Assembly (NCBI GenBank): GCA_951406725.2
Contig: OX597814.1
Span: 57,598,001 to 57,662,000 of the forward strand
DNA: 64,000 bases
Reading direction: 5' to 3'
DNA from: Octopus vulgaris
Lineage: Eukaryota
Of this stretch, positions 1 through 12,097 are shown piece after piece. The first letter of the stretch is position 1. Each line of letters starts with the position of its first letter. Below the pieces are notes generated by a model. That model ran no database searches, was not told the DNA's origin, and was given only the letters and a program-made list of their open reading frames with translations. A program made the translations under genes and the position numbers.

Positions 1-714
1 ACTACGAAACATTTATAATAGCGCATGCTTCTTGAATGGCATGTCAGATGCTGGGTTCTACATGTTTAAGTACTAATATGCTAGACCAAAATGATTCTTT
101 CCTTTGCTAAGCTTTTATACATACACTTCGACATGTCAAATTATGAGATGAAGCTATGAATATTTCCAGATTTTTACTATTACAATAAACTAAAGTAATA
201 TTTGGTTATTTAATAATGCAGGAGCTTCTGAAATGAGATGTGTGTAATATAGATATAAAAATATTCAAATAAATAAAAAAGAGATTCAGTAGATATAAAT
301 GTACAGCTTTCTTCCTATCGATGTTATGGTTTTGACAGTAATTTTAACAAACGTCACAAGAACAAGTGTTTTATTCAGTAATTTCAACTGGTAATTATTA
401 TGAAACAAATAATCTGTAACTCGAACAGCTGCAGAAGCAATTTCGCAGTGTGTATACTCCCCTACATACTTTTAGATTTATAACTTGTATAGTCATACTG
501 TTCATACGCTTATGTACAGCCGCAATAGTATGAGAATGTTTCAAAATTCCAAAGGAAAGAACAAAAATAAATAAACTCACACGAAAGAAAAATAAACAAA
601 TATTTAATATAGATTTAGTGAACCATTGAAATACGTTCAGTTCTAGCCTTCAGATATCGAGTGATATTTACTTGAGGCGTATCAATATTGATTTCTCCCA
701 GTGGCGTAAGGAAG

Positions 715-880
715 CTGAAAATTTATTGGGAAGGGGATCGAGCAACTTAATCAACCCAATGTAGAATAGGCACTTATCTTCTCGACCTGAGAAGAATAAA
801 ATACAAGATTAACCTCAGTGGAATTTGAAATTTGAAAGTAAACAAACTTGATAAAGCGCTGTAAGGAATTTCTTTTCCAC
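715..880 (-). mobile_element. highly degenerate tRNA-derived SINE (family 1, OK-like)
   Basis: tcgacctgagaagaataaaatacaagattaacctcagtggaatttgaa resembles the family core tcgaccccgaaaggatgaaaggcaaagtcgacctcggcggaatttgaa seen in cleaner copies of this window. Confidence 0.45.
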
Positions 881-939
881 TCTACAACATGTGAAGTTTG
901 TGCCATTTCACATTTTCTCACTTTGCAATCATAAGAGAA

Positions 940-1145
940 GCCAACGAGAAGAAGCTAAAACCTTTGTGTGGGTTACTCACTTTGCCCTAAATTTCAAACA
1001 AATCTCCCTCAAATCACACCCTGATATCTGATATAATACTAAAAAGACCTGATGCTCACCGCTTGAAAAGCCTTTGAATATTGCTCTGTACGAGCAAAAC
1101 AACAGTAACAACAAAAACAGCGACAGCAACAACAGAAACAACAGT
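940..1145 (+). repeat. old interspersed repeat with (CAA)-rich tail; related copies near 12650-12830, 19850-20010, 41170-41290, 45030-45210, 45860-46075, 56440-56540
   Basis: shared motifs aaatctccctcaaatcacacc and gctatttctagc.gtcgag recur, on either strand, at the listed positions. Confidence 0.45.
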
Positions 1146-2434
1146 CACAAATGAAAGACCCAAAATAATCTCATCATTTGCTATCCTTTTTTTTTAACAC
1201 GAAATTGCATTGCCAGTTTTGGTTATTGTTTAGTCATGGACAACCAGCGGCCCGTGAGACTTTCTGAATCACACGCCTAACGAAAAATTACCTTGATATA
1301 CTTCACTAGTGTGATCCACCTGATGATGAACCATGTCTCATATGGCTCACTTCCCGATAAAGGTTGCTCATGCCTGGATGGTAAAAGTAGCAACTCTCAA
1401 TATTCTGCTTTGCAGTCGGAAGACATGCTGCTGAAGATATCTCTCCAAAACAGTTTTCTGAGCCACAACTGATACACTCAATAGCCAATTCATCGAAAGA
1501 TCTACATTTCATAACCTATCAATGGCATGGCTCTTACCTTTCAAAATGCTTGATTCTCAAATACCTCATTACACCTGGCATTCAACAGGCGCCTGTGCGT
1601 GGTACATATCGCCCCAGCATTCAACGCATTCACTGTGTTATTAAACAAGGTTTTATTAGATTGTAGGTTTGGTTTCAAAATTTCTCAGAAGAGTCAATTA
1701 AAAAGAATCAGCTCCGTCGCAACAAACTCTTGTACTTGGAAACTGTCTCCATGTACGTCATACATTTGAGACATAGTAGTATTTATTTTAGAAATAAATA
1801 TTTACTAAGCAAATAGCAAATAGTCACATTACATTAAGAAGAAATAAACAGAATGACTGAATATTTTTCTGTAAGAGAATAACAAAATGTATTTCTACAT
1901 CTTCAATTCTAAATATACGATAAAAGAATATTTTTTGATAACAATAATGGAAGCCTTTTCGTGTGATAATTCTTATTTAGTGACATTTATAATGGATTAT
2001 CTTTCTTATATTTTTTCTCTTTCCGATACATTTATTTATCATAGAAATATATCTATGTCTTCACCAAATACTATTTACTTCTATCTCATTATATGGGCAC
2101 GTCTCAAGGTGGAGAAGATTTGCTATACACATTTTACACGATCATTTTTATACATCAATATTCTCTTATATACATATAATTTTTTAAATCTTCAGAGAAC
2201 AATATATGCCCATTTATAGTGGTTTTGTTTTTTACAACTTTTATAGGCTCTCCTGGTGTAGGGAAATACTTATTCTGAGATATAAAAGCAAAAATTACAT
2301 TAAATTATTTACTCCACTATATTGTTTACTCAAAATTTAAATATTAAGATTTTCATATTGTGCGGAATGGTCTAATGCAGTGGTTCTCATACTGACAAAA
2401 AACATTCTTTATCATTGTTTCTCCACCGAATATC

Positions 2435-2634
2435 GATTTCAAATTCTGGCACAAGGCCAACATTTCCAGGGGAGGAATAAGTCGATTACATCGATCAGAG
2501 CGTCCAACTAGGTACGTTTTTATCGACCACGAAAGGATGAAAGACAACGTCTACTCCGGCGGCATTTGAACTCAGAACGTATATTTGGACGAAATACTGC
2601 TGACGTGCAAATGATTCTGCCAGCTCGCTGCCTT
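2435..2634 (-). mobile_element. tRNA-derived SINE family 1, tail type C; a second degenerate copy follows at about 2675-2870
   Basis: minus-strand head aaggcagcgagctggcagaatc (A box), gagttcaaat (B box), core ctttcatcctttcg.gtcgataaaa, tail gtgccagaatttgaaa. Confidence 0.8.
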
Positions 2635-3486
2635 GCCTCCACCTAATATTTTTCCCGTTCCCGTCGTCATTAATAATTTCAGATTTAAGCACGAAGCCAA
2701 CAAGGGAAGGAAAACCCCAATTACATCGATCCCAGTGTTTATTTTAATGATCCCGAAAGGATGAAAGATATAGTCGACCTTGGCAGGATTTGAAATCAGA
2801 TCGTAAAGAACTAGAGCAAATACTTCAAAATATTTCTCCAAACACGCTAACAATTCTGCTAGCTCGGAGCACTCACCTATTACCAATAGCTGAGTGCATC
2901 GAGTTGGCATATAATTGATTTGAATCTATATATTTCTTTTGTCTGGACAAATTGTAAAAAATTAAAACCATCAATTCGTCTGCTCCATTATTCATTCCTC
3001 CATAAGGGTGTCATATGTAAGCCAGCCCATCAACTCTATGAGAAACTCTGGCGTAATATATTAGGTTAGCCGAGTTTGCGAGGTGATTCTGCGAGCAGGT
3101 TTCGATTCGTACGACCTAATTCATGACATACTCGATATTTATATCCTCGTGAAAACAGTACAGCCAGCTAAAGCTTTCACGGTATCAGCTAAAACTAGTG
3201 GAATCTTTCTGATAAACAACATAACTGTGTTGACCCTATAACGCCTGTTTGTAATGATATGATATATGTGATGCGTCAATCTCCGAGGACTTATGAAAAG
3301 AAAACAAAACTGGAAACTTGGGCAAGCAAGAAGTATCTTTTTCCACAGACAACATTATCGTTGGCAAGCAATGTCTGATGACTGATGCTAAATTATTGGC
3401 ATATGGATTCATATACATATCTATATGTATATGTGTGTGTGTGTGTGTGCTTGTGTGTATGCATATGTGTATGCGTATATATGGCC

Positions 3487-3680
3487 TGGCTCTCCGTCGG
3501 TCACGACGACTAGTATTCCAGTTAATCCGATCAAAGGAACAACGTGCTCGTAAAATTAACGTGCGAGTGGCTGAGCACACCGTAGACACGTGAACCTTCA
3601 ACATAGTTATCAGGTAAACTCAACTTCACACAATGTGACAAATCTATCTCTTTGAAATACAGATACTACTCATTGTTGCC
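3487..3680 (-). mobile_element. 3' part of SINE family 2 (same family as 52609-52858)
   Basis: acgtgcgagtggctgagcacaccgtagacacg is the reverse complement of cgtgtctgttgagtgctcactcacttgcacg at about 52830. Confidence 0.6.
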
Positions 3681-3879
3681 TTGTTTTCGTATACATTCAC
3701 TTGCTTCCTCCCAAAGAATCTAGTGCTCTCAGTTTAGACTTTCCTGGGGCCGGCCAGATTAGAGCAGAATCGAGAGTAACTGGCCGAAACTGCAAAGACA
3801 ATATGCTACTTGACTGAAGATTGAAAGCTCCGAATCGGACTGCTTGTGCGGATTCCTGTGGCTCTCTGTCGCCATTCAA

Positions 3880-4215
3880 TTCTTTTGTTCATCATACTCG
3901 GCAGATCAGAAGAATTGCAGTTTAGGTCATTTCAAATTTGCCTGATATAGGTTTTGGTTTAACGTCTTCTGCTTGCTCTTCCTAATACTTTAGCCTTTAG
4001 CTTCTTAGCAATGCCCTGCGAATATGGCTCTAAGCTGTTTGATGATGTCTGATACAGGACGAAAGTCCTCATACAATTACTCATTGGTCAGATGATCTCT
4101 CCAAGTGACATTCAAAGCCTCTCTTAGCATGCGAATGTAGGCTCCATCCAATCTTCTTTCCAAATTTTAAGGTAAAGGTCCATGCTGACCAGTCATTCAA
4201 TACAACAGAAGAAAG
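3880..4215 (-). pseudogene. RTE-clade LINE C-terminal fragment, degraded
   Basis: manual translation across a frameshift: AWT...RLDGAYIRMLREALNVTWRDHLTNE*LYEDFRPVSDIIKQLRAIFAGHC, matching the RTE post-RT W..H.TN..LY and AGH motifs. Confidence 0.65.
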
Positions 4216-4239
4216 ATTCATTATGACTAAAGTTTCTTA

Positions 4240-4256
4240 ATACGTACGTACATACA

Positions 4257-4288
<32 letters not shown>

Positions 4289-4296
4289 CACATACA

Positions 4297-4328
<32 letters not shown>

Positions 4329-4336
4329 CACATACA

Positions 4337-4369
<33 letters not shown>

Positions 4370-4442
4370 TGTATAAATTCTGACGGGTCTATACGTTCAA
4401 TGAAAGATGCACACACACACGCATATACATATACACACACCC

Positions 4443-4494
<52 letters not shown>

Positions 4495-4720
4495 GTGTGT
4501 GTATGTGTGTGTGCGCGTATGTGCGTGCGTGTGTGCAAAAGACATAAAAGTATGTATAAGTAGGTAGAAAGGTTACGCGGGCCGTACATACATACATACA
4601 TACATACATACATACATACATGAATGCATGCATACATACATACATACATAATACATACATACATACATACATAGATACATACATACATACATGCATACAT
4701 ACATGCATATGCATATGTTT
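4240..4720. repeat. compound microsatellite (TACA)n/(TA)n/(TG)n
   Basis: directly visible. Confidence 0.95.
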
Positions 4721-5168
4721 CATGTTTTAAGGTATTAATATGTCTGGAAAATTTTGCTGTGATTCAATTTTACTTCTGCAGACTAATATTTGATCCATAC
4801 GCTTTCACAAGGCGAGTAACTCATTGATAATTTACCAACTATTCAATAAATAGAATATGTAAGTGTATATCACGAAAGCAATCATATTCCAATTCCAGTT
4901 GAAATTATATAACAAAAGGTCTTATGTGCATGAAAAGCACACGTACGGTTGCTATGTAGGAGAACACTGTTACAATAAAGTTTTCATGGAAATGGCTTAA
5001 TACACTATAACACGAAACATATATGCACAGGTATTTAATTTTTAAGAATGAGACGGAACTTCACTGTTCCAAACCAAGTGAGAACAAAAGCCAATAAGGA
5101 AATACGAAATATCTAAACTACAAATGATAAAAGTGGAACAAAAGTCCTATATTTAATGAAACATGCAT

Positions 5169-5255
<87 letters not shown>

Positions 5256-5489
5256 TGTATGTATGTATGTATATATATATATATACATATATATACATAC
5301 AGTTCAAAGACACCTGTTGTTATATCCTGTTATTTGCATTTGTATTTGTGTACCATTTCTCCGTTTCTCTTTGTCCTTGTTTTCGTATACATTCACTGCT
5401 TTCTTCCAAGGAATCTAATGCTCTTAACTTAATTCTTCTTTGAGGCTGGCAAGATTGGACCAATTTTGAGTATAATCAGCTGAAATTGC

Positions 5490-5710
5490 AAAGATGCTCT
5501 TTGCCGTGATCACTAGTGATGGCGACATTATGCCTCCAGTCATCTTCCCACATGGCCTCACACTCAACACGGAGGCCTACACCAAGTGCCTGGAGGAGGT
5601 AGTGCTGCCCTGAGTCTAGGGGGTGGCTACTAGAAGACCCTATGTCCAAAGAAATAGGACTCTTCACCATGCCACACAAGAAGAACCCAGTCATGGCTGT
5701 CAGACAATAT
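5490..5710 (+). pseudogene. Tc1/mariner superfamily transposase fragment (maT/DD37D-like)
   Basis: MLFAVITSDGDIMPPVIFPHGLTLNTEAYTKCLEEVVLP*...RRPYV...DSSPCHTRRTQSWLSDN; catalytic-domain region with stop and frameshifts. Confidence 0.7.
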
Positions 5711-5722
5711 GTGCCAGACAAG

Positions 5723-5880
5723 ATGTATAAGTGTCAAGTCATTACAGCCGTTTCGAGCAACTCATTTAATTGATCAATGGAAGCATTACATCATTACAAA
5801 GAAGCCGTTCTCATCAAATGACCGCCCATCAATTAAAAGAGCCGCTTGAAACGGCCGTAATGGATTGACACTTATACATC
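5723..5880. repeat. fold-back element with about 53-bp arms containing a relic type I hammerhead ribozyme (minus strand 5822-5738)
   Basis: arms gatgtataagtgtcaa...tttaattgat and atcaattaaaa...ttgacacttatacatc; minus strand gtcat-ttgatga-stem II-gaaa-cggctg-ta-atgac. Confidence 0.7.
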
Positions 5881-5945
5881 TCTCTTAATCGTTTATATAT
5901 GTATATATATATGTGTGTATATATATATGCATATACATATATACA

Positions 5946-6009
<64 letters not shown>

Positions 6010-6924
6010 CATGCACACACGTGTGTGTGTGTAAAGGTAGAAAAAGCGAATAAGAAAACTATATATTTCTCAGTTTAATACAATCTGCAATGGAAATAGG
6101 TTTAGTCCTGATATGTTATTGTAGTTGATTAAAAATTGGCAAATAAATCAAACACACGGACAGAACATATTATTTTCAATGTTTCTGCCTAGAAATGTGG
6201 AAATGTGCCGAGCTATATAGCACTTAAGGTGACATATGAGTAAGAAAGTATACATCATGTTTGAAGAGTTGATTAATTAGCCGAACAGATAAAACACCAA
6301 TTACAAATTAGTCGGAAATACAAAATGAATCGAAACAAACTGAAGATTGAATGAGTAAAATGATTCCATCAAAGGTTTTGATGTAAACTTCCGGATACTT
6401 CAACACACACAGGATATGTGTATAGCGATACTATAAACTCCATTAGTTTTTGGCTGGCTCAGTAAATGCAAATGCATTTCATAACAGGAAATTCATGTCA
6501 TTTGGATTGGAGAAACAGTAGTTCAGAAGATGGATGATCAAAATAGAGCTTTGTTAAAGTATTTGCGGAAAGCCAAGATATCAGAGTAAAGTAATACTGA
6601 GATTACATAACCATTTAACCAGTCAACGCACTGTTCAATACGTAATTTCTTGTTTCAATAAACGCATGATAATGTTAACATATCAATCTGTTAACATGTA
6701 ATTGTCCATAATAACTTTTTAATGAATATATAAAATATTGGAATAGAACAAGAAGTATTTGGACACGCATACATGAAATATAAGATATATGGATTATATA
6801 TAAATTTATATGTTCCCATGCACACATACATGGGCGCACAAACACATACACACACTCACACACATACACACTCTCTCTCTCACACACACACATATATATT
6901 GGGGCATGTTATCTTAATGTGTAC

Positions 6925-7445
6925 ATGTCTGTGGGAATAATGAGGGGATAATTTACTCCGGCTTCGTTCAGGACGGTCGAACCATCTGTACTCCGAACAG
7001 CAAGAGTGGATGTATGTCATTATGTGGAAAAACTACTCGACGTTGGTTAAGAGAAAGCGAACTCTTTTGCTGCAAGTCAACAAAAGATCTCATACCACTC
7101 AAATGACCAGGAATAATTTCCAGGAGCTTGGCGAATCGAAAACACGCCACACATAACATATAGTTCGGACTTAGCCCCTCGTATTATTATTACTTCTCCC
7201 TATCATGTCTCACTTGCGCTCGCGACACGTCATCAACCGAAAGGATGTAGAAGCTTCAGTGAAGGAGTTTTTCGCCTCGAAGGACAAGAACTGGTTTCAG
7301 ATGGGATCAAACAAATGGCAGAAAGGTGATTTCAGGCAGTGCAGCTCAATGGCCTCTACTTTGAATGCTAGGCCGCTTTTATTGTAACTTTACGAATAAA
7401 GCAAATAAGTTCCCAAAATATTGCAAAACATTTGACTCAATAATA
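6925..7445 (+). pseudogene. mariner (DD34D) transposase 3' remnant
   Basis: YSSDLAP (YSPDLAP motif) and DVEASVKEFFASKDKNWF..GIKQMAER*..VQLNGLYFE, a typical mariner C-terminus. Confidence 0.75.
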
Positions 7446-7510
7446 TTTCAAAAATAGAAATATTAACATTTCTAAGTCTCTCAAAAGAAGACCATGGCAG
7501 CAGTACTGGA

Positions 7511-7803
7511 TATTAATAGTTATCGCAAAGCTAACATGGCAGTCCAGAAAAATAGGATGAATGCTGCCGTTGATTAGCTCCAAGAGACCAACGCCTCTAG
7601 TTAGCTATGTGACACACGAACCTGTGTCCATTATAACCTTCGAACAGGGGAGGTCAGCCGCTTCCCCTGTTCGAAGGTTATAATGGACACAGGTTTGTGT
7701 GTCACATAGCTAGCTAGAAGCGATGGCCTCTTGGAGCTAATCAACGGCATCATTCATCCTATTTTTCTGGACTGCCATGTTAGCTTGGCGATAACTATTA
7801 ATA
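7511..7803. repeat. near-perfect palindrome, arms about 140 bp, loop about 10 nt
   Basis: tattaatagttatcgc...ttcgaacagggg mirrors cccctgttcgaa...gcgataactattaata with few mismatches. Confidence 0.92.
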
Positions 7804-8541
7804 ATAATATTTTGCTTATCTTCGAAGCTCCTTGCAGCGAAAGGTAGGGAAAGTAAAGAGGAAACTGAGCTAATTTTCTCTTTTGCCATATTGGGAGCGA
7901 ATGAAAGCGTGAAAAATGTTATTGAGTAATAATGTTTTTGAAAGGAATGGAGGCTTTAATCTAACGAACAATTTAGGTGCTAATTTCTTTTCTTACGTAG
8001 CCTTTTTTTTAAAAAGGTAATTTTTAATATTTAAAATTAAATTTTAAGGCATTGATTTGGATAAATGGATGTAAACTTGACCTTTTAATCACAATAATCA
8101 AACTTTAATCAGTTGCTTCTTTTCGTTCCAAGTGTGAAAATTCTGGGCAGTGGTAACATGCCTGAATTCGGATCTTAAGAAGGGCTCAAGAATACTCTCC
8201 ATGGGTTAAGTATTTTTAAAAAGCAGTATATACAATTCAGTACCGAATAAAATGTACGAAATAAACCAGAATCAGTTGTAAAACATTATATGCAAATTGT
8301 CTAAATACTCATTTTCGTCTAAATATATCTGACTATGAAGGAAGCTTTAAATTCTTTGAATAGGCTAGTCTTTGATCTCTGCCGCTCGTGTGAGCAAGAC
8401 ACATCAACGCTTCAGGAGAAAATAATGTTGATAGCATATCTGCTGACTTAATACGGCAAGGAGGCAAGCAGAAAAAAATCTGCTTTGCTCTGACTTTCTC
8501 TCCTTGATCTCTACTCTGTCTTGTCTTTCTTTGTTACTTAC

Positions 8542-8604
8542 CTGTCCCAGAGAGAAAAATAGAATGTGAAAAAAAACTAACAATACTAATTTTTCTTAAT
8601 TCAG
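8542..8604 (-). other. candidate 63-nt exon, or recursive (AG|GTAAGT) splice site at 8542/8541
   Basis: minus strand ttttttcaacttgcctttcag|CTGAATT...ttttctctctgggacag|gtaagt; strong acceptor and consensus donor; open in phase 1. Confidence 0.3.
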
Positions 8605-10278
8605 CTGAAAGGCAAGTTGAAAAAATTCTGTTTTTCGTTACTTTTCGTTCTGAACCCCTACTCTTTTGTATTTGTTCTTTCACTCTCCATGCTCCAAGAG
8701 AATAGAATTGCTTTTCCTTATTTTCTCGAAAAGCAAACAGGAAATTTTTTCTTCATAGACTTCTTAAATGATATCGATTGTTTACAATTTATACTAAGAA
8801 ATTAAGGAATAGGAAATACAAAAAATTATCCAGTGTTCAATGAGGATAGTGAAAATTATCAATAATTAATTTTATGTTACACAAAAATTATTCATCCTGA
8901 AAAATGTAAGGCGTGTGGTTCACGCGTTGCATACATAGACCTTTTACTCCTGATGTATATATATATATATATATATATACATATGTTGCATAGATCTTTA
9001 TGTGAAATTATCCTTCCAACATTATAAAAACGCTGTTGCTGGAAGGATAGATTTGCTCAGAGCAGTAGACTCTGAAGATTAAAAACAAACCTGTCTAAAC
9101 TTGCATAAACATGAGTCAAATCTGCGTTGATGTACTCCAAGTAAGTCTGCTCGTAAATACATTATTAGTAGCTTTTGTGTATTGTTTCTTGTTGTTTGAC
9201 ATTTAAGAGATATATACATAAAGCAAAGTACAAGAAAAACCCCAGACAAAGCTACTTTTTAAACTGCACGTAATTATACAGATCTTAATTAAATTGCATG
9301 CAACACAAAAACCTGACCTATATAAATTAGGTTAAGAAACATATTTGGATTCAGCACGAAAATACACATATAATCACATATTTCATTCTTGGGGTACAAC
9401 ATTGCTTGTTCCTTAATGCTATTAGAAGTGAAAGCTTCTTGAATAGTAATCACATTATGGAATATTCGAACAATTGAAGTAGGGAAGCTGCGTTATGTTT
9501 AAAAAAATAAAAAAGCCTCTAATTATCGCCGTTCATCGCATATGATTAGACATCAAGATTTCATTGGCTGCCGAAAACCCTTTGAAAATGCATTACACGT
9601 TTATTCATTCAATTGTCATGAGCATAGCATTTGAAATATTTATCTATTTATGTGCAAACATATTTGCATAAGACAAACGTAACCAAAAACGGTAACTATT
9701 AAGGAAGTTTTACCGTCGAATATTTTTTTTAGCGAGTTGCCTTATTTGCATTATTTCAGAGAATGGTAAATATATTGCATGAAAAAATACTTTAGCAAAT
9801 TAGCAGATGGAAGTTTCTCAGTAAATAACGATGCAGGTGCCTGGAAGATTCAATAATTCCTTTCTGTTTGATATTGCAACATTTTATAATACAAAGTTAT
9901 ATTTCTCCCATAAACAGCGATCACACATGCTTCAGAAATTAATGTAGGAGTGCGTGTGTCATAATGAACCAATCGACTTTTCTCATCATTTATACCATCA
10001 ATCTTACCTTTAAACTTTAAATATATTTGATTGTGTGTTAGGGAGGCATTTCTTTGAATGCATGAATGAATAAATACGACAATTATTTAAAAAAAACAAT
10101 CAATTTACTATATATACATCTATTGTTTTTGTTTTACCGCTATCTCCAAAGGAGATATTAGCTCAATGATTGAGCTATTTAGAGGGACACATATCATCGG
10201 GAAAGCAGATCGTAGAGTCATAATTACACAAAAAGGAAGAATTTTGCGTGTTCGTAGTGGAAGACTTCTCTTTCTCTC

Positions 10279-10308
<30 letters not shown>

Positions 10309-10351
<43 letters not shown>

Positions 10352-10454
10352 GTTTCTTTATTAGCCACACAGAGGGGACAAAATACAATGAAGAAAAGCT
10401 CTACATTGTATTTTGTCCCCTCTGTGTTCGGCCCTGTGTGGCTAATTAAGAGAC

Positions 10455-10530
<76 letters not shown>

Positions 10531-10558
10531 ATATCCATCAATCCATCTATCATTCTAC

Positions 10559-10634
<76 letters not shown>
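10309..10634. repeat. (GATA)n, inverted pair of retroelement 3' tails, then (TATC)n; forms a hairpin
   Basis: ttagccacacagaggggacaaaatacaatg versus cattgtattttgtcccctctgtg...gtgtggctaa, flanked by complementary tetranucleotide runs. Confidence 0.75.
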
Positions 10635-10635
<1 letters not shown>

Positions 10636-11251
10636 CGCCCGACCGTCCGTAATATTGCTGTCTAGTATGATGATTTTCAATGCCATGATCACAAACTTTG
10701 GAATTAAAACTAATATTTTATAATATAATGAGATTTTGCAAACAATATTAAAAAAAAAACAGTAAGCTATAGCCGGTCTATATAAAAGGGCATATCTTAT
10801 AGATTCAAAACTATTTCTAAAATTATTCTATTTGGTGTTTGGCTAAAATATAATTAATAGATGACTCTTACCCACACTGGTTTTAATGTTCCAGTGGTAC
10901 GTGCTCACACTGACGTTTTGAAACAGCATGATTTTAAGAAGTGAAAGACTATCTTAATGTGGTATACATTTATCATTTTTCAACTCAGAAGAAAAAAAGC
11001 TCCACGAATAAATATAGCTGTATGAAATATAAAGCGACATCTTAATAACATTCGCTTTTATTATTGATTTTAGATACGTTACGCTTTTTAGATTGTTGAT
11101 TTATTAATAAAAAATATATTACTTATGAATAAACTAGTGTACTCATTTCGTCAAAAATGACGACCGTTTCCTGTATTATATAGAACATTTTGTAATAAGA
11201 ATTAGCAGAGTTTCTCTACTACTACTACTATTTCAACTACTACACACACAC

Positions 11252-11469
11252 ATTCTTTTCTACTCCAAGCGTAAGGCCCGAAATTTTTGGGGGAAGGGGC
11301 CAGTCGATTAGATCGATCCTAGTACGCAACTGGTAGTTAATTTACCAACCCCGAAAGGATGAAAGGCAAAGTCGACCTCAGCGGAATTTGAACTCAGAAC
11401 GTAAAGACAGACGAAATACCGCAAAGCATTTCGCCCGGCGTGCTAACGTTTCTGCCAGCTCGCCGCCTT
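11252..11469 (-). mobile_element. SINE family 1, tail type B, well preserved
   Basis: head aaggcggcgagctggcagaaacgttagcacgccgggcgaaatg, B box gagttcaaattcc, core, tail gggccttacgcttggagtagaaaaga; imperfect TSD tacacacacacat/tacaaacacacat. Confidence 0.88.
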
Positions 11470-12097
11470 ACAAACACACATATTGTTTTTATATTTGCTT
11501 TTTGGTATCTATTCATGTAGGCGGATGATATTAACTATGTAAGCGTGGCAGACTTCATACAGTCAATAAAAATACTATACCAATAAAGAAATTTTACGTC
11601 AAAACGTTTGATATTGGATATATTTTATCGGTATTGAAAGATGCTCAAAATAGGCACATTTATCAGCAAAGCAGTTCTAGCCATAACCGTCCCTTCTTTT
11701 GTTTCAGCTGTATATAAGGATGCATTACTCAGTTCACTCTTTAGCTCGTTCAGGGTTCTTTCGTGGGGTAACTAACAAATCAGACAAATTTGAATTAGTT
11801 CAGCCTGTTTTGTTCTGTAGATACTCTCATTCCTCTGTTTGTCGCAGTAAATTTCATAATCATTTTGATATTGTCTTTAGTCAGCTGAAATTATTTATTA
11901 GAGCCGAAATATAACACAAACTTAAGTTTGTCAATCTATTCTTCGTCATGTACTAAGTTTCACGACTTTCCTATCCTTGTAACTAACAAATCTTCAAGTA
12001 AATCACAATATATTATTTAACTAGTGTAGCTGATTTTGCTCTATTTCTTTCACTGCTCCACCTCTGCATATTGAAGTGATATTAATAGCCTGCTCAG

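Noticed and set aside
1320-1360. ctgatga followed by a hairpin (hammerhead candidate)
   Set aside because: No GAAA or stem I/III follows the hairpin
4237-6020. ORFs rich in YI, CV, HT and MYVC repeats (also at 18.1, 35, 38.2, 51.6, 54.6 and 58.6 kb)
   Set aside because: Translations of TA, CA and TACA microsatellites, not genes
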